From the human T2T-CHM13v2.0 reference genome, Homo sapiens, in the NCBI RefSeq assembly GCF_009914755.1, contig NC_060926.1: a DNA stretch of 64,000 nucleotides. One strand, written 5' to 3'. A model generated the notes under the pieces. It was not told the origin of the DNA. It did no database searches and was given only the letters and a program-made list of their open reading frames with translations. Shown in pieces: positions 1-13,624 of the stretch (the first letter of the stretch is position 1; each line of letters starts with the position of its first letter). Position numbers and translations under genes: made by a program.

Positions 1-507
1 TGGCAACAGAAAAAAATGAATAAGACATCTTACTGATGGTTTTTCAATGCAGAAAAAAATGTTAATGTGAAATTTGCTCTACAAGACATTCATTTGTAAA
101 TACCACTGGTAACAGACTTGTATGGTTTGTGTTGTATAATTAGTGTGAAAGAAAGAAAGGAATTCCATGAATTGCCTATATTTCACTGCTTGGGCACCGA
201 ATCAACTGAGGTCAGGTAATAATAAGCAGTCTTGCTACCAGCCTTATTCATTGAATCATCTCTTAGGTTGCCAAGACAATGCTCTTCTTTATGCCACATG
301 GAGGCCTAGCCTCTGTGATTGTAGGAACTCCTGCCAACTCAGCTCTTGGCTTGGTGACCCGAGGGTTCTCAGGCCACATCCTCAGAGACAGCCGGTGCCA
401 CGGACACATCCGTTGTCTTGTTGCCACACGATAGCTATTGAAAACCCCAAAGTGGAGACTCACTGCAGAACCTCTATTCAGTCCACACAGAGCCCCAGGG
501 AGAACAG

Positions 508-521
508 GGCTGACGTCAGCC
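508..521. promoter_or_regulatory. Palindromic CRE / Maf-type element GGCTGACGTCAGCC
   Basis: Perfect 14-bp palindrome with full CRE core TGACGTCA (511-518) and retained CpG; function untested. Confidence 0.35.
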
Positions 522-929
522 TGGGAGGTGAGAAGCCCGAACCCAGAGAAGGCAGGCTGTGTTCCAGGACATGACAGTTTCTGTGGAGAGAAGATATATG
601 TCCTTCTCTCTGCTAGAGCATGGCTAAAGCTGGAGGGGCAGTGAAGCTGAGCCCTCTAAGGAGTTCAGTTCATGCATTATTCAGGAGGTGGCCAAGAAAG
701 GCTGAGATGGCAGAGGGAGACAGAAACAAATTTATATTTCAAGCTGAAGATTCCATTATGAAACCAAATTCTATTTAAATGAAGTCCTGAGTCTGGTCAT
801 CCAAGTAAATCCAGGAGTAAGAGGAGCCCAGGGTGGTCCCTCTATCCCCAGGCAGTGTGAAGAGTCTGCTATTGGTCCTAAATTTGCTTGGATCATCTCT
901 TCCTTTCACTAAAGAAAGAACAAAAACAG

Positions 930-1130
930 GCATTTATTGAATACCGTTTGTGGTTCGCCTTCTTGAACAGGCCTTCCTTAATCTTCACAACAACCTGTAA
1001 AGCAAAGATAAGCACTTACCTTTTATAGTAGAGGAGAGTGAGGAGTGGAGGGGGTTAAGGAACTTACCTACTGACAAATAAACATAAGTGGTGGGGCTGG
1101 GATTAGGACCCAGGTTTTGTGACATAGAAG
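930..1130 (-). mobile_element. MIR SINE fragment (approximate)
   Basis: CATTTATTGA...TTAATCTTCACAACAACCTGT...GGTTAAGGAACTTACC...GCTGGGATT resembles the MIR core. Confidence 0.5.
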
Positions 1131-2936
1131 CCTACAAATACTCTTCCCCTTGTATCCAAAGAAACCAATAAAGTAATCTTCTCTGTGTTTCTTTCTGTTC
1201 AAGGTGCCCACTTATGCATCCTAAGAATTTGTAACTCAAGATTGAATGACCTCAGAGGGCAAGTGGGCATTTGCCCAATGGCTTAGAGGGTTGGAGGGTC
1301 ATTTTTCACTTTTATGGATTTTGGAAAAGGCACAACTCAATGTCTTTGAATTTGATGTTTCTCCCTGCCTAGAGCACTCATTTTATACTTGTTTATATCC
1401 TGATGCAGGTACGTCCTGGGAGACTGGACCTCAGTAGCTTCATCATTTCTGGAACGGGGACTTGAGGTATTGGTTTTTTGGGATCCAAAAGTCAGAACAC
1501 ATGGTCTAACGAAAGCCTGTTTATGATTTATAAACATGTATGTATAAAAGGAATAACAACCGAAACCCATCTACTTGCACAGGTTAATAAATGATTTTTA
1601 TGGAAGGGTTCACAATTATGAGTCATCCTGGCTGAATCTGCAGTAACAGCATCACGCTGAGAATGGGGGAATATTCAGGACACCCTTGCTGAATAGAACT
1701 CATTTTAATTGAGCTGCATGATGTCCTGACACACAGAAATGCCTTGCCAGCTTTTCAAGTGGATGTCCTGCCCCTGTTGCTGTCAAAAGATGCTACAAGT
1801 AGAAACACCTTCTGTTAATAATCCCGAGTGGGTCACGCATATTTTCCTTCAGTAGTCGTGCTAATACTCTCAGGAAGTGAGCCTCTTTGAAGCTACTGAA
1901 TCTCCTTCCCAGTCCCCAGGGCCTGGTGCTGGTCCCCTTGGCACACGGTCTCCAGGTACATCTCTTTGGGGTACCAGAGTGGCACGTCCCCTGCAATCTG
2001 CTTGTAACCCTGAGCAAAGACTTCACGCTGCTGACCAGGCCCATGGCCCATGTGCCCTGTCAGGCCTCTGCTACTTAGCCTGGCCACAGCCTTGATGTCA
2101 CACCTGTCCCTCCACACCATTCTGTGATTTCTTCTGTGATTCTTTCTTCCATGGATGATGTTCTGCTTAACCCTTCCCAATAACTGGAATAATCCCTTAG
2201 AATATTGATCCGTTGTAAATCACTGCTCACATCCCCATGTCTTCAGGTTTTTCACAGAGCCTTCCTTCCACTTCCTGCCTTGAACAGCTCTCTCTCAGGA
2301 AAAGCTGGGGCCTGGCACCCATGGGTGTAGCCTGGGAGGTTGAAAGTTTTGTGGAGAAGACCCACCTCCAGCATAGCAGCTGGGGAGTGCTGTATTCATG
2401 GCTGAGTGAGGCGTCTAGGTGGGTGAACCTGAGAACAGTTTCACAGGGCATGTGCCTCCAGTGTGGTGCAGGGAGGTGCCAAGATGATCAGCAGAACCAA
2501 AGAGGTCCTGTCCTTGGGACAAGAAGGAAAAAGGCAATGTAAACCCGACACTGGTGGCCTCACCTCAGTAGCAGACAAAGCTGAGGAATAAGACGATGCC
2601 AAGTTCCCTTGGACAAGCTGACCCTCAGCAGAGGCCAGTGAGGCTCAACAGAGGCCAAAGGCCATTCTGGCACCTCCCTCTCAAGTCATGAGGATGACAT
2701 CTGAAAATAGAGATCATTTTACGTCTTCCTTTCTAATCTGAGTGCTTTGTATTTCTTTTTCTCACCCAGTTGGCCTTGCTAGAAGCTTCCAGTATATTTT
2801 TGGAAGTTTTAAGTGTTGCTGTGGCTTCTTCCAAGCCATTTGCTCTTGGGTGGGCAGGGGATGAGCAGGCCATGGTACTGCCCCTTCCTGTGGCCATGAT
2901 TCCCCGAAGCCCTGTTTCTATTAAAGACACATTTAT

Positions 2937-3231
2937 GGCCAGGCGCGGTGGCTCACACCTGTAATCCCAGCACTTTGGGAGGCCGAGGCAGGTGGATCGC
3001 CTGAAGTCAGGAGTTTGAGACCAGCCTGGCCAACATGGCAAACCCCATCTCTACTAAAAATACAAAAATTAGCTGGGCGTGGGGGCGGGCGCTTGTAATC
3101 CCAGCTACTCGGGAGGCTGAGGCCGAGAGAATCGTTTGAACCTGGGAGGCAGAGGTTGCAGTGAGCCGAGATCACCCCACTGCACTCCAGCTTGGGCAAC
3201 GGATTGAGACTCTGTCTCAAAAAAAAAAAAA
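2937..3231 (+). mobile_element. Alu (AluS-like), full length
   Basis: GGCCAGGCGCGGTGGCTCAC start, two arms, A-rich linker, poly-A tail. Confidence 0.95.
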
Positions 3232-4373
3232 TTATAATGATCTATGAAATTATCTGAATAGGCTTTAAGAACTTTCCAAGTTTTAGTTTTTCTCCTAGCT
3301 TCATACCCCCTGTTTCCTTCCAGGTGGGATTGGATGAGAGAGACTTTCAGAATGGCCATCCCACAACCACCTCTAAATCCTGGAAGATGTTCCTGGAATA
3401 CTGCCCATGGGACCCCTGGAGCCACATCCCTAAGGATAGACTAGGGAATCAAATAAGCTGGAACACTGCCCAGGATCCTCTGTCCATCCCCTCTTCCTTG
3501 CATGTGGACAGAGGGCTATTGCATCCCCAGCTACTGCAAACCATTGGATAGTTTAAGGGACTGGTCATTTGGTTGATTTTCTGTAAATTAATCTGGAGAC
3601 ATCTTCTCTAGCATAAACCTGAGGGAGGGAAAGCCAGTCCATTCCTACCAGAACAGGATAACGTGGAAGAAAGAGGAAAAGAGGGTGGGAGTCAAAAATG
3701 TCTAGTTTGCCACCAACTGCCAAGCACCACTCTAAGGTTGTGAAGGCTGCACATGGCAGTAGCTCCAGGACTTACTGCATGAGAAGAGAGAGCAAAGAGG
3801 ATATGGAGAGAGGACCTGATGCTCCCAAAGCTCACACTCCTTGACCATGTAGTGCCTATGGAAGAAGAAATCTAAGAATGTTATGACTGCGACTTAGAGG
3901 GGCAATGGCTTAGCTCTGATCCTGCCACATGGGATGAAAGTGAAATCCTGCAGGCAGAACCAAAAAGAGCAGAAGGTGGGTGAAGTGTTAGTGGAAATGG
4001 ATAGTATTTGGCTAGAAGATCCAAGGGAAGCCTGAATCCCATCTAACCATCACTTCTCCCTCTGTGAGGCTCCGGCAAGAGCTGCTCATACAAGGAGCAA
4101 GAGCAGAAAGGCACTCAAGTGTCACATGATAGCGGAACCAGAGCCTAATCCCTTCCAGAGCAGGTCAAAGCTGGGGTGGAGCAGGTAGCTTAGGAGCTCC
4201 CTAAGCCTGAGTCCAAGTCTTGGGGGTCTTGTCTTCTTCTGGTGGGTTCCATGGTATGGGAGGCTGAAGCAATCAGCAATATGCTCAGGCCAATCCTCAG
4301 TGGGAGAGAGGCATGGTGCGGCCCATGATTCTGGTGCATTAAGTGTAAGTGAGAGTGGAGCCTGGCTGTGCCA

Positions 4374-4595
4374 CCACCTCTGTAATAATGCTGCCACCTC
4401 TGTAACGATGCTGCCACCTCTGTAACGATGCTGCCACGTCTGTAACGATGCTGCCACGTCTGTAACGATGCTGCCACCTCTGTAACGATGCTGCCACCTC
4501 TGTAACGATGCTGCCACCTCTGTAACGATGCTGTCACCTCTGTAACGATGCTGCCACCTCTGTAATGATGCTGCCACCTCTGTAATGATGCTGCC
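4374..4595. repeat. 20-bp minisatellite, ~11 copies (TGTAACGATGCTGCCACCTC)
   Basis: Head-to-tail near-identical units starting at 4381, 4401 ... 4581; no spacers. Confidence 0.97.
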
Positions 4596-7500
4596 CACCA
4601 ATAAACAAGACCCAGGTGGTTCCCTCAGTGTTGATCAATCAAATTAGCAACTATTCCTTTCTGGAGGAGTTGGGAAGGGGATGGGTAGACTGGTTGATGG
4701 AGAAGTGGGAGATATTGGAGATAACAATGACAATCATTTAAACTGGACCTGGAAGTTCTGAGAAAATGCCATAAACACAAACCAGACATGGGGCATGGAT
4801 ATTTGAAAGAAGTCGAAAAAAATATTATTTGTATTTGTGGCTAGAATATTCAAGAGAATTAACTAAAAAGCTATTATATAAAGAAACTAGTTATGTACTA
4901 GAAAATAATAGAAATACCAAATACTTTACTACAGATCGCCAGTAACCAGATAAAAAGATGATCCATTCATTAAAGTATAAGATACCCTAGTAAGAAATCT
5001 GTATGACCTAATGGAAAAAAAAAACCCTGCAAATTCTATTAAATGATATTGAGACAAAAAAAATGCCATGCTTTTTTCCACTTAAAATTATGTGATGAGC
5101 ATTTTTCAAGTCAATAAACATTCTTTTAAAACATCATTTAGAAAAATTGCATAACATCCCATTGAATTGATATAACAGCACTTACTAAACAAATTGCTTT
5201 AAACATTTGCAACATTTTCATTTTTTTTGCAACTTTACTTGCAAAAACAACAACAGCTGTACATAAATCTTTGTCCACCTTTCAGTTGTTTCCTTAAGGT
5301 AAATTTCAGAGGTTTTTGCATGGTTTTATCATAGAAACATAATTGCTGACTCAAAGCATGTGATATAAAGATTTCTAGAGAGCTTGGGCTCATGATCAAG
5401 TGAGGCTACCCCTTTCACTGCATTCTTGGTGGCGGTAACTATTATTTTTAAAATTTTTGCTAAATATGATAGCTAAAAAAATAGCATTTTATTCTTTTTG
5501 CCCTTTCTTTTTTTGCATAAACAAGTAAAGTGAACAGAACAGGGATTAAGAGTAAGGGCTTGAAAGTTAGACTGAGCAGGACCCAGCTTCTACCCTTTTG
5601 CCCTCACCAATTTTTAGACCAGGGATAGTATGGTGCCTTTCTTACAGGCCTGCGAAGAGTATAGGAGATGATGCCTACAAAGCCCGAAACTGTCCTGGAG
5701 TTGTCATCCAGTGCTGGCTCCTGAAACAATTATAATGAACCCCGCCCCCCCCCTTCCCAGCCTCTGGAAAATACAGCATCTCTTGGCCTGTCTCTTAGGC
5801 TTTCAGTTCTGACATCACTCCTGAAAGCTGCCTTGGGTGTGTTGTCTCCATATTCCCCACCCTCCTGTGTGTGCCTCTAGTCCATGAGAAGTTCCACCCT
5901 GGCCAGAGGGGAGTGTGGATGCTCTCTCTCTAAGATGCTGGTTCTGTGTCCCTTCACTTCAGGCCAGGGCTGGGCAGCAGCTCTGGTGGGCTACTCTGGG
6001 CCTCTGCACTCTGACTACCAGTGCAGTGGAGAACTCTGTATATCTAATGAGCTCAGCCCATCAGCATTAACACTCAGAGTCCTCCACTTCGATGGCAGCA
6101 GACATTGCTACAATCACACTCCTGGACTCTGCCATCACATGCTTCTCCCTGGGAAAACCACGGTCAGCCCTGGGATCTCAGAGCCACTCTTCATAGGGGC
6201 AAGGAAACGGATCAGCAAATTTCTAAGGATGGGTTTGGAACTGAGTTGAGTGTGCCTGTCTGTAGTATCTCCCACAGTATCTATGTGGGAGTATCTTATC
6301 AATGCAGAATTACTTATGACAGAATAACTGAGTATACTCATATTAGATCAGGATGCTCTGATGTGATCGTCTTGTTAGGGGCCATTGATTGCAAAGGGAC
6401 CATCCCCTTTGGGAGGAGGTGGGGCTTCCCCCTAAAGGGAGTGGAGTTTCCCATTGTCAATCATCTTGGAAGGAGTTTTACCTGGAATAGTAAATGAGGA
6501 ATAGGGAGGCAAATCTCAGAGCGAAGAGATTCAAAAACCCTTTCCTCTCTCTGGGTCTTGTCGAGTTGGTTTGAACTTACAGGCTCAAGAGTAGAGCTGG
6601 TAGTGGAGAGAAGCTGGCCCCTGTCCCATGGAGGTGTGATCCTGGGCCTGGGCTGCATCTGGTGTCGTCTCCCTGACCCATCACCCCTACCATCTCTGAA
6701 CCTTCCGCTCCTGGCTTAGCCATTACTGCGAGGAATTAAGGGATGGGCGTGTGCTTGTCCTTGGGAGGAGGTGCTTCAGGCAAGAGCAGCAGGAGTCTTG
6801 GGAGATCCCCAGCTTAGTGTTGGTGAAGGCTCGTTGGTGGCTCAGCTGCCAAGAGTGAGACACAGGCCCTTGCTGCCAGCAGCGCCCAGCAGAGGTCTGC
6901 GGAACATGAAATCAGTTCTGCTTGAACCTCAGAAATCCTTAGAAGGGCAGAGACAACTAGATACAACACTAGATTCCTGCAGGAAAGCATCATGGGGGTG
7001 ATAAGGCCATATTAATTCTAGGTATAAATAGAAATATGATCTTGTAGGCTGATGAGGCCTAGGGCATACCAGTTACAGTTTAAAAGGGATAATGAGTTAG
7101 AAGGTGCATTTTAAAAGTGGAATATTTAACCATGACAACACATGTTTGCAGCCAAATCCATGAAAAAAAGTTCAAAATCTCAAAGATTAATTTCTGGGAA
7201 TGTGGAAAGTCAGATATCTTGAAAAATACTCATGGCACATTTATAATAACAATTAAAAATATTAAGACCCTAGGAATAAATCCAATAAAAGTATGTAGCT
7301 ATCAGTGGAGAAGATGATTAAACTTTACAGAAAGACATTAAAGAAGGCTTAAATACATGGGAACTTAGAGCATATGAGAAAACTCCAAATCACAAAGATA
7401 CCCTATACCCACCACCTAGGTTTTACTAACATTTTATTCTTCCTGCTTTATCATGTGTCTGTCCATCTACACATCCCTCTCTCTCCATCCATCAATCTGT

Positions 7501-8466
7501 CTTATTTTTTAAATGTATTGGAAGGTAAGTTGCAGGCATCAGTATGCTTCCTCCTAAATAGTTTTGCATGCACACCATTAGTTAGGGAGGCTTGAGGATC
7601 TTTCAGCCACCTGTGTAGCATGGATTCAGGTCCCAAACTGTATGAAGGCCAGCTTTTATTTACAAATTCACAGCGAAGAGAGCCCTTCTTTTTTTTTTTT
7701 TTTTTCTTTTCTTTTTCCTCTACCTAGAGCCAAGGCTGAGACATGCATTCTTGCTGCCTTCATTTTTGTGGGATCGACATTTTCTTTTATGCTTTTGTAA
7801 CTGATGGTATAGCCCTCGGTAGTCACTATTTTATTTGAGTCTCCAATACACCCTTCCACCGTGGGAGCATCCTGTCCTATGTATGGCCATGCAAATGATG
7901 TTCCAGTCATGGGGAATTGCCATAAGTCCCTGGGCCTACCACTGACTGTTTCTCACTCACCTCTCTGGATTCCCACCCTGTTTGTTTGGGGCCTTTAGAG
8001 ACGTTCCTTAGTGTCTTGAAAGCATGTGTTTGAAAACATTTTTTAGTCAGGCATGTAGTCGTGGTCTGTATTGTGCATTGTGGTATAAAGTAGGTTTGAC
8101 TGTAAATCCATACCTCCCACCCAGATGGCTACATATGTCCTAGGAACTGTCCCCAAAGTCGTCATTGTCTTCATCAGTTGCCATCTTAAGGTTGGCACCC
8201 TCGGGATTGTAACATTGTGACTTAACCAAATTCTAGGAGCTTTTTTCCTTTCCTACTTCTCTTTCCCCTCCTTCCTTCTTCCTTTTGGCTGAACACACAT
8301 TAGCAGAATAGAATATTCCACCCCTCTGTATAGCACTCCCAGAACCCCCCACTCCAGGAGTAGTTAGGGGACCACCATGTAACAGCACAATATTGCCAAA
8401 ACTTGCTCTTCCTTTGTGTAAGAGGAAGGTGTCTGGCCATTAAGCTGGTGGCCAAAGACCTTAACT

Positions 8467-8822
8467 GTCTTGGTCTGTAGAGGCTGCTGTAACAGAGTGC
8501 CACCGTCTGGATGGCCTATCAGCAACAGAAATTGGTTCTCACACTCCTGGAAGCTGGAAGTCCCAGATCAAGATGCTGGCAGATTTGGTGTCTGGTGAGG
8601 ACCTGCTTCCTGGCCCAAAGACGGATGTCTTCTAGCTTTGTCCTCACATGGCAGGAGGAGGCAGAGAGCCCTCTGGAGTCTCTTATAAAGGTACTAATAC
8701 TGTCAGCCTCCATCCTCAGGACTGAATCACCTCACAAAGACCCCACCTCCCAATATCATTACACTGGGGGTTAGGTTGTCAATATATGAATTTAGGGGAA
8801 CATAAACATTCAGTTTATTGCA
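8467..8822 (-). mobile_element. MaLR LTR (MLT1A-like)
   Basis: GGCTGCTGTAACAGAGTGCCAC...GGAAGTCCCAGATCAAGATGCTGGCAGATTTGGTGTCTGGTGAGG...ACATAAACATTCAG is typical MLT1A/MST antisense sequence. Confidence 0.8.
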
Positions 8823-10849
8823 CCCACAAATGAGTCCCACTCAATAATTCATACTGTAAACTCCAGTCCAGCCTTTGCTTAGATAGACACAGTGTGTGCC
8901 AATGACCTCACATCTCTAGCAAGGCTAGGAGATCCAGAGGCTGGAAGCACCCCAGGAGCCTCTTGCCTAACTGTGTGTTCTGCTGATGGTTCAGGAAATC
9001 CATATACAGTACTACCAAAGGTTCCAGAGATCCATAAAGCACTATTTTTACAACGTGAACTTCTTCAACTAAACCCTCTAGTCCTGTATAGCCCAAGTCC
9101 GGTGACTCAGTTTGTAAAGGGTTAATTACTTGTGGAGTTCTTCTCTGCCTTGGAAAGTAAAGAAAGCAAGGAAAGCAGGTGACAGGAAGCTAACAGCAGC
9201 CCCTCTAGCTGTCTTTGCAGGAGAACCTCCTATTGCAGTTAGGTAGCCCTTGCAGGGTATCTGGCTGGAGGTCAGGTTTCCCTTGGAACACCCCCTTGCT
9301 CAGCTCACTAAGGGCAGCAGGGTTCCTCCTGGAGAGCTTTTCTGGAGGAGCCACCAGGTGTGAGCCACTTATGGCTAGCCACATCCGGAGTTCAGACAAT
9401 TCATCTGGTGTGAAACCTCTTCTGGGAATATTCTCCTAACTCAGCAGAGTGGAGTGAGTAACCTGCTCCCAGGTGCCTGTCACAGCTTGACAGGTCAGCC
9501 TGACCTCACATCTAGAAGGCAGGTAGTAAAGCTCAGGGAGTGTTGCAACCTTGGTTTATAACCACAGCACGTGTCCAAGGTAGACAGAATGGAAGCGCTG
9601 AGCCTGATACTCCACAGGGCTCACTCCTGAGAGCCAGGCCAGCCTCTGGGGATGACAGGGGGTCCCACCCGCTTCGCTGTGATACCGGCCCAGCCTGCCT
9701 GGGAGCCACTGCTCCCCAAGCAGGGCAGAGCATAAACAGTGCACCTTGGACACACCAGCATGGAATGCATGGGGGCACTCCTCGCTTCTGGGTGCCCTGT
9801 GCGTTTTGTTCTCCTGCATCTTCAAGGAAGAGAGGAACACTCTGGAAATAGAAGACTCAGGGAAGAAGCCCTTTACTCCTCATAGGGCGTGAGTGTTTTT
9901 AGCCCACCAAGTCCTGTGGCCCAGAACCTGGGTCCCACCATGACAGAAAGATAAAGTGTATCTTTTCAGAGAGGACCTCAGATGACTGTGGCATGGTGCT
10001 TGGCATTTCCTGAGAAATGTTGCATCCAGCCAGCCTAAGTCTGTGCATCAAAGGTTGTGAGCCACCATCTTGAAGATCACAGTTGCTAAAACAGAAATTA
10101 AGTGACAGGGAGGTGACAGGTTATAATGTATCAATAAGGACAAACAGGGTAGAAGGAATCAACCTCAGCCTGGAAAAATTCAGACCCTGCAGTTGTTGGC
10201 AAAGAAAAAGGCGTCCATGGTCTGGCTGAAAGGCTGACTTGCTGGAACACTCCAGGGAACTGGGCGCAGAGAGTGTCAGAACTGTTCACAACATTCTAAA
10301 CCCAGTCCCAGTTTGGGCCTAACCTTAAGCAAGGACTGGCTTAGGGAATCTGTTTTCCACATCTTGGAAAAGGGTTTGATGATACCTACTACTTGGATGT
10401 GCACTGAAGGATTTAATTAATGTTTGCAAAGCACTTTGAGATGCAGTTGTAGGGCCCACAGCCAAAAACATAGCCAGCTTGTTTAGATTGGCAGTAAAAA
10501 AGTTAAGCACTCTTTACTAATTAACACCCTATTAGTATAACAGCAATATCCATGTTGAGTTACTCAAGACCGTGTTTATTTTCACCACTCTGTGTAGTTT
10601 GGTTTCTAAGCTAAGGAAGTCTGAACTTACCTGGTGGTGTGAGGTAATCAATTACTGAAACCTCCCTTCAAGCCAAACTCTACCGACAAAGAAATATGCT
10701 AAGATGGGTGCATGCCAGGAAATGCCAGTCAAACAGGTGCCTGTTGGGGAAAGACCATAACCAGAAACCCTGGCAAATATTTCCCAAACCAAAGCTCCCT
10801 GGACTCCAGAATGCAGTTCCTGGGAGGAGCCTGGCTGGGCATGAGGAGG

Positions 10850-10863
10850 GTGCCACCTGCTGG
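10850..10863 (-). promoter_or_regulatory. Candidate CTCF site
   Basis: Reverse complement CCAGCAGGTGGCAC matches CCASYAGRKGGCRS at all 14 positions. Confidence 0.5.
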
Positions 10864-10934
10864 CACCAGGGTGTATTTTCTGTGATTTGCAAGCCCACGT
10901 GCAAGTGTCTGCAGGAACAGAATTTAAGACAATT

Positions 10935-11264
<330 letters not shown>

Positions 11265-11879
11265 TTATGGGAAAGTAAAATACACAAATATAGGCCTGTG
11301 CGATGTAGTATACCTGGAAAGTTTAGAAAGGAGCAGAGGTTGCTTTTTGCAGCTAATAATCTTGCAATAACAATGGCAGATTTATAAATTGTACTTCAGT
11401 CGGGACCTACGTTTTATCTAATTCTATTTAACATATAAATATCTCTTAATTAAGCTGTGTTCACCAATTGAAAATGTCTACACTGGATTTGGCACAGCAA
11501 TAAATTATGCTTGCATTAATTTTCATCAATGTCGAATTTGTTGGCTTCAAAACATTTTTTGGTGTGCTACCAGCCCTAAAGAGGTTATGAAGTTGAGAGT
11601 AGAACTGTCAACACAGGCATAATCCACTAAGTAAGTAGCTAATGATTGCTAGACAATAGATGAATAGCCAAACATTGAGAGTAGCCAACCTGTACACAAA
11701 TAAATTAATCTCTGAATCAATTCATTCAGAAGGTGAGGAAGTGAGCCGTGCAGATATCGGAGGGCAAACTGCACAAGTCAGAGGGCACAGCAATGGAAAG
11801 GTGCTAAGGAGGGAGTGTTCCTGGCATCCTAAGGAGGAGCAGGGAGCCAGTCCTAGAGTAGAGTGAGTGGGGCCCTTTC

Positions 11880-12070
11880 AACCTGGACATGTGGAGCAGT
11901 CTTGAGTCCAACCAGAAGCTGGGAGTCCGGTCTGGCCCAGCCTACCCCACCCCAAATCACAGCCAATCTATAGACCTAGGAGCATGGAAATAAATTATCA
12001 GGGTTGTAAGTCACTGAAATTGTAAGACCATTTGTTATGCAGCATTATTATAGCAATAGCTGACAAACAC
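11880..12070 (+). mobile_element. MaLR (MLT1) LTR 3' fragment
   Basis: AATAAATT...TAAGTCACTGAAATT...TTTGTTATGCAGCATTATTATAGCAATAGCTGAC is typical of an old MLT1 3' end. Confidence 0.6.
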
Positions 12071-12129
12071 ATTAATCTAATAATCACCCTATTGTACTAG
12101 CAGATGAGATCATACAGGTAATGGGGGTG

Positions 12130-12930
12130 AAGGGCAGATTTATAAGGTCTTGTAGCCAGTAATGGAGGAAGAACACCAGGAGAGTGGTGTTCAGAGATCA
12201 AATGAAGAAAGAATGTTAAAGAAGACAGCAGGACCCAAAGTATCAAATGCTACAGATAAGAGAGTGACCATATACTTTACTATACAAAGTATGGCACTTT
12301 TAAAGTCGAAAAAGGGCACCCAACTTTGGCAGGACAACAATAAGCTAGGGATGTTCTGGGCGAACTGAGATGTGTGGTCAAGTAAAGTGAGAATTGAGGT
12401 TTGAACACAGATTTAGCAACTAAGAAGTCACTGATAATCTCCCCAAGAGCAGTTTTGGTGAACTAGAGGGTTGAGTTTAGTCCAGTTGGATTGAGTTCAA
12501 GAAAAAGTGGTAAGAGTGTGAGTACAGGCAACTTTTCTGAGAAACGTTGCTGTAAATGAGAAAAGTAAATGGGGAAATAGCTAAAGGGAGATGTGAAAAC
12601 AATATTTGGCATTTTTTTAATAGGAGAAGGATATAAATGTTTATTTGCTGATGGGAATGATGCAGCTAACAGGAGAAAGTTTGTGATAAGAGGGAGAGGG
12701 AGAAATGCTATGTGAGGCCCTTGAGTATAGGAGAGAGGCTGGGATCTGATGGACAAATGAGGGTGTCGTCCTCTGCTAGGATCAGGATCCACTCATCCAA
12801 GGAATAAGATGGAAGGCAAGGAGTAGACACAGAGTGAGAGATGATGGAATGTTTCTTTTAATTTTGTCAGTGAAACTGAAAGCAAATTCGTCAGCTGAGA
12901 GGAGGAGAGCTTGCAGGAGGAGAGAGGGAA
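12130..12930 (-). mobile_element. L2 LINE fragments (approximate)
   Basis: TCAAATGCTACAGATAAG...GATTTAGCAACTAAGAAGTCACTGATAATCT...GAGCAGTTTTGGTG L2-like motifs. Confidence 0.55.
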
Positions 12931-12944
12931 AAGTTTGAAATCAC

Positions 12945-13581
12945 TGATACAGGAGCCCAAAAGAAATTATTTAGGCAGTTAGTGAGGGTAACAGAGTCCT
13001 CAGTAAGGTTTTCCTTTTAATGAAAAGCAGCCCCAAGATCATTTCTTTTTTAACAAAGAGCATCCTGAAAACTCAAGCTGCAGATATAGAAAAGCAAGCT
13101 AGAAGCTTGCACGGGCGAATGCCAGCAGCTGCGCCAATAGAAAAGTGATACCTGGAAGCAAGGCATGTTCAACATGGAGGCTCCTTCTTCCCTTTTCTTT
13201 GTCAACATGTGTGCAGTAAAGAAGCAGACAACCTGGGGCCGGCCAGACAGAGGATTCATCTGCATAACAAAAGATTAGGATGGGGTGGCCAGCTTCTTCC
13301 CAAGCTATGTAAATGGCACACCTGGTCCGACCAATCTTTTGGGCCCTATGTAAATCAGACACTGCCTCCTCAAGCTAGTCTATGATACCCCATGCATTTC
13401 ACCTCAGAACCTGAAGACGCACTCCAGAGCCCCTCTCTATTTGCAGGAGAAAGAGCTTTTCTCCTTCTTTTGCTTATTAAACCTTCACTCTTAACCTCAC
13501 TGCTTGTGGTCCATGTCCTTGATTTCCTTGGTGTGAGGCCACGAACCTTGGGTGTTACCCCAGACAAACAATGCCATTTCA
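12945..13581 (+). mobile_element. ERV1 solo LTR (MER50/MER4-group-like)
   Basis: TG...CA termini (TGATACAGGAG...GCCATTTCA), TATGTAAAT box, ATTAAA poly(A) signal, imperfect 4-bp TSD TCAC/TTAC; exact subfamily uncertain. Confidence 0.8.
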
Positions 13582-13624
13582 TTACTACCCAGGACATGGG
13601 AGACTGATTACACCAGGGGGACAC

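Noticed and set aside
4374-4595. CRISPR-like array, or the ORFs 4122-4601 and 4190-4537
   Set aside because: Units are contiguous with no unique spacers, the context is eukaryotic with no cas genes, and the ORFs are just translations of the repeat
13161-13180. p53 response element in the ERV1 solo LTR
   Set aside because: Only one good half-site (AGGCATGTTC); the adjacent sequence does not fit RRRCWWGYYY
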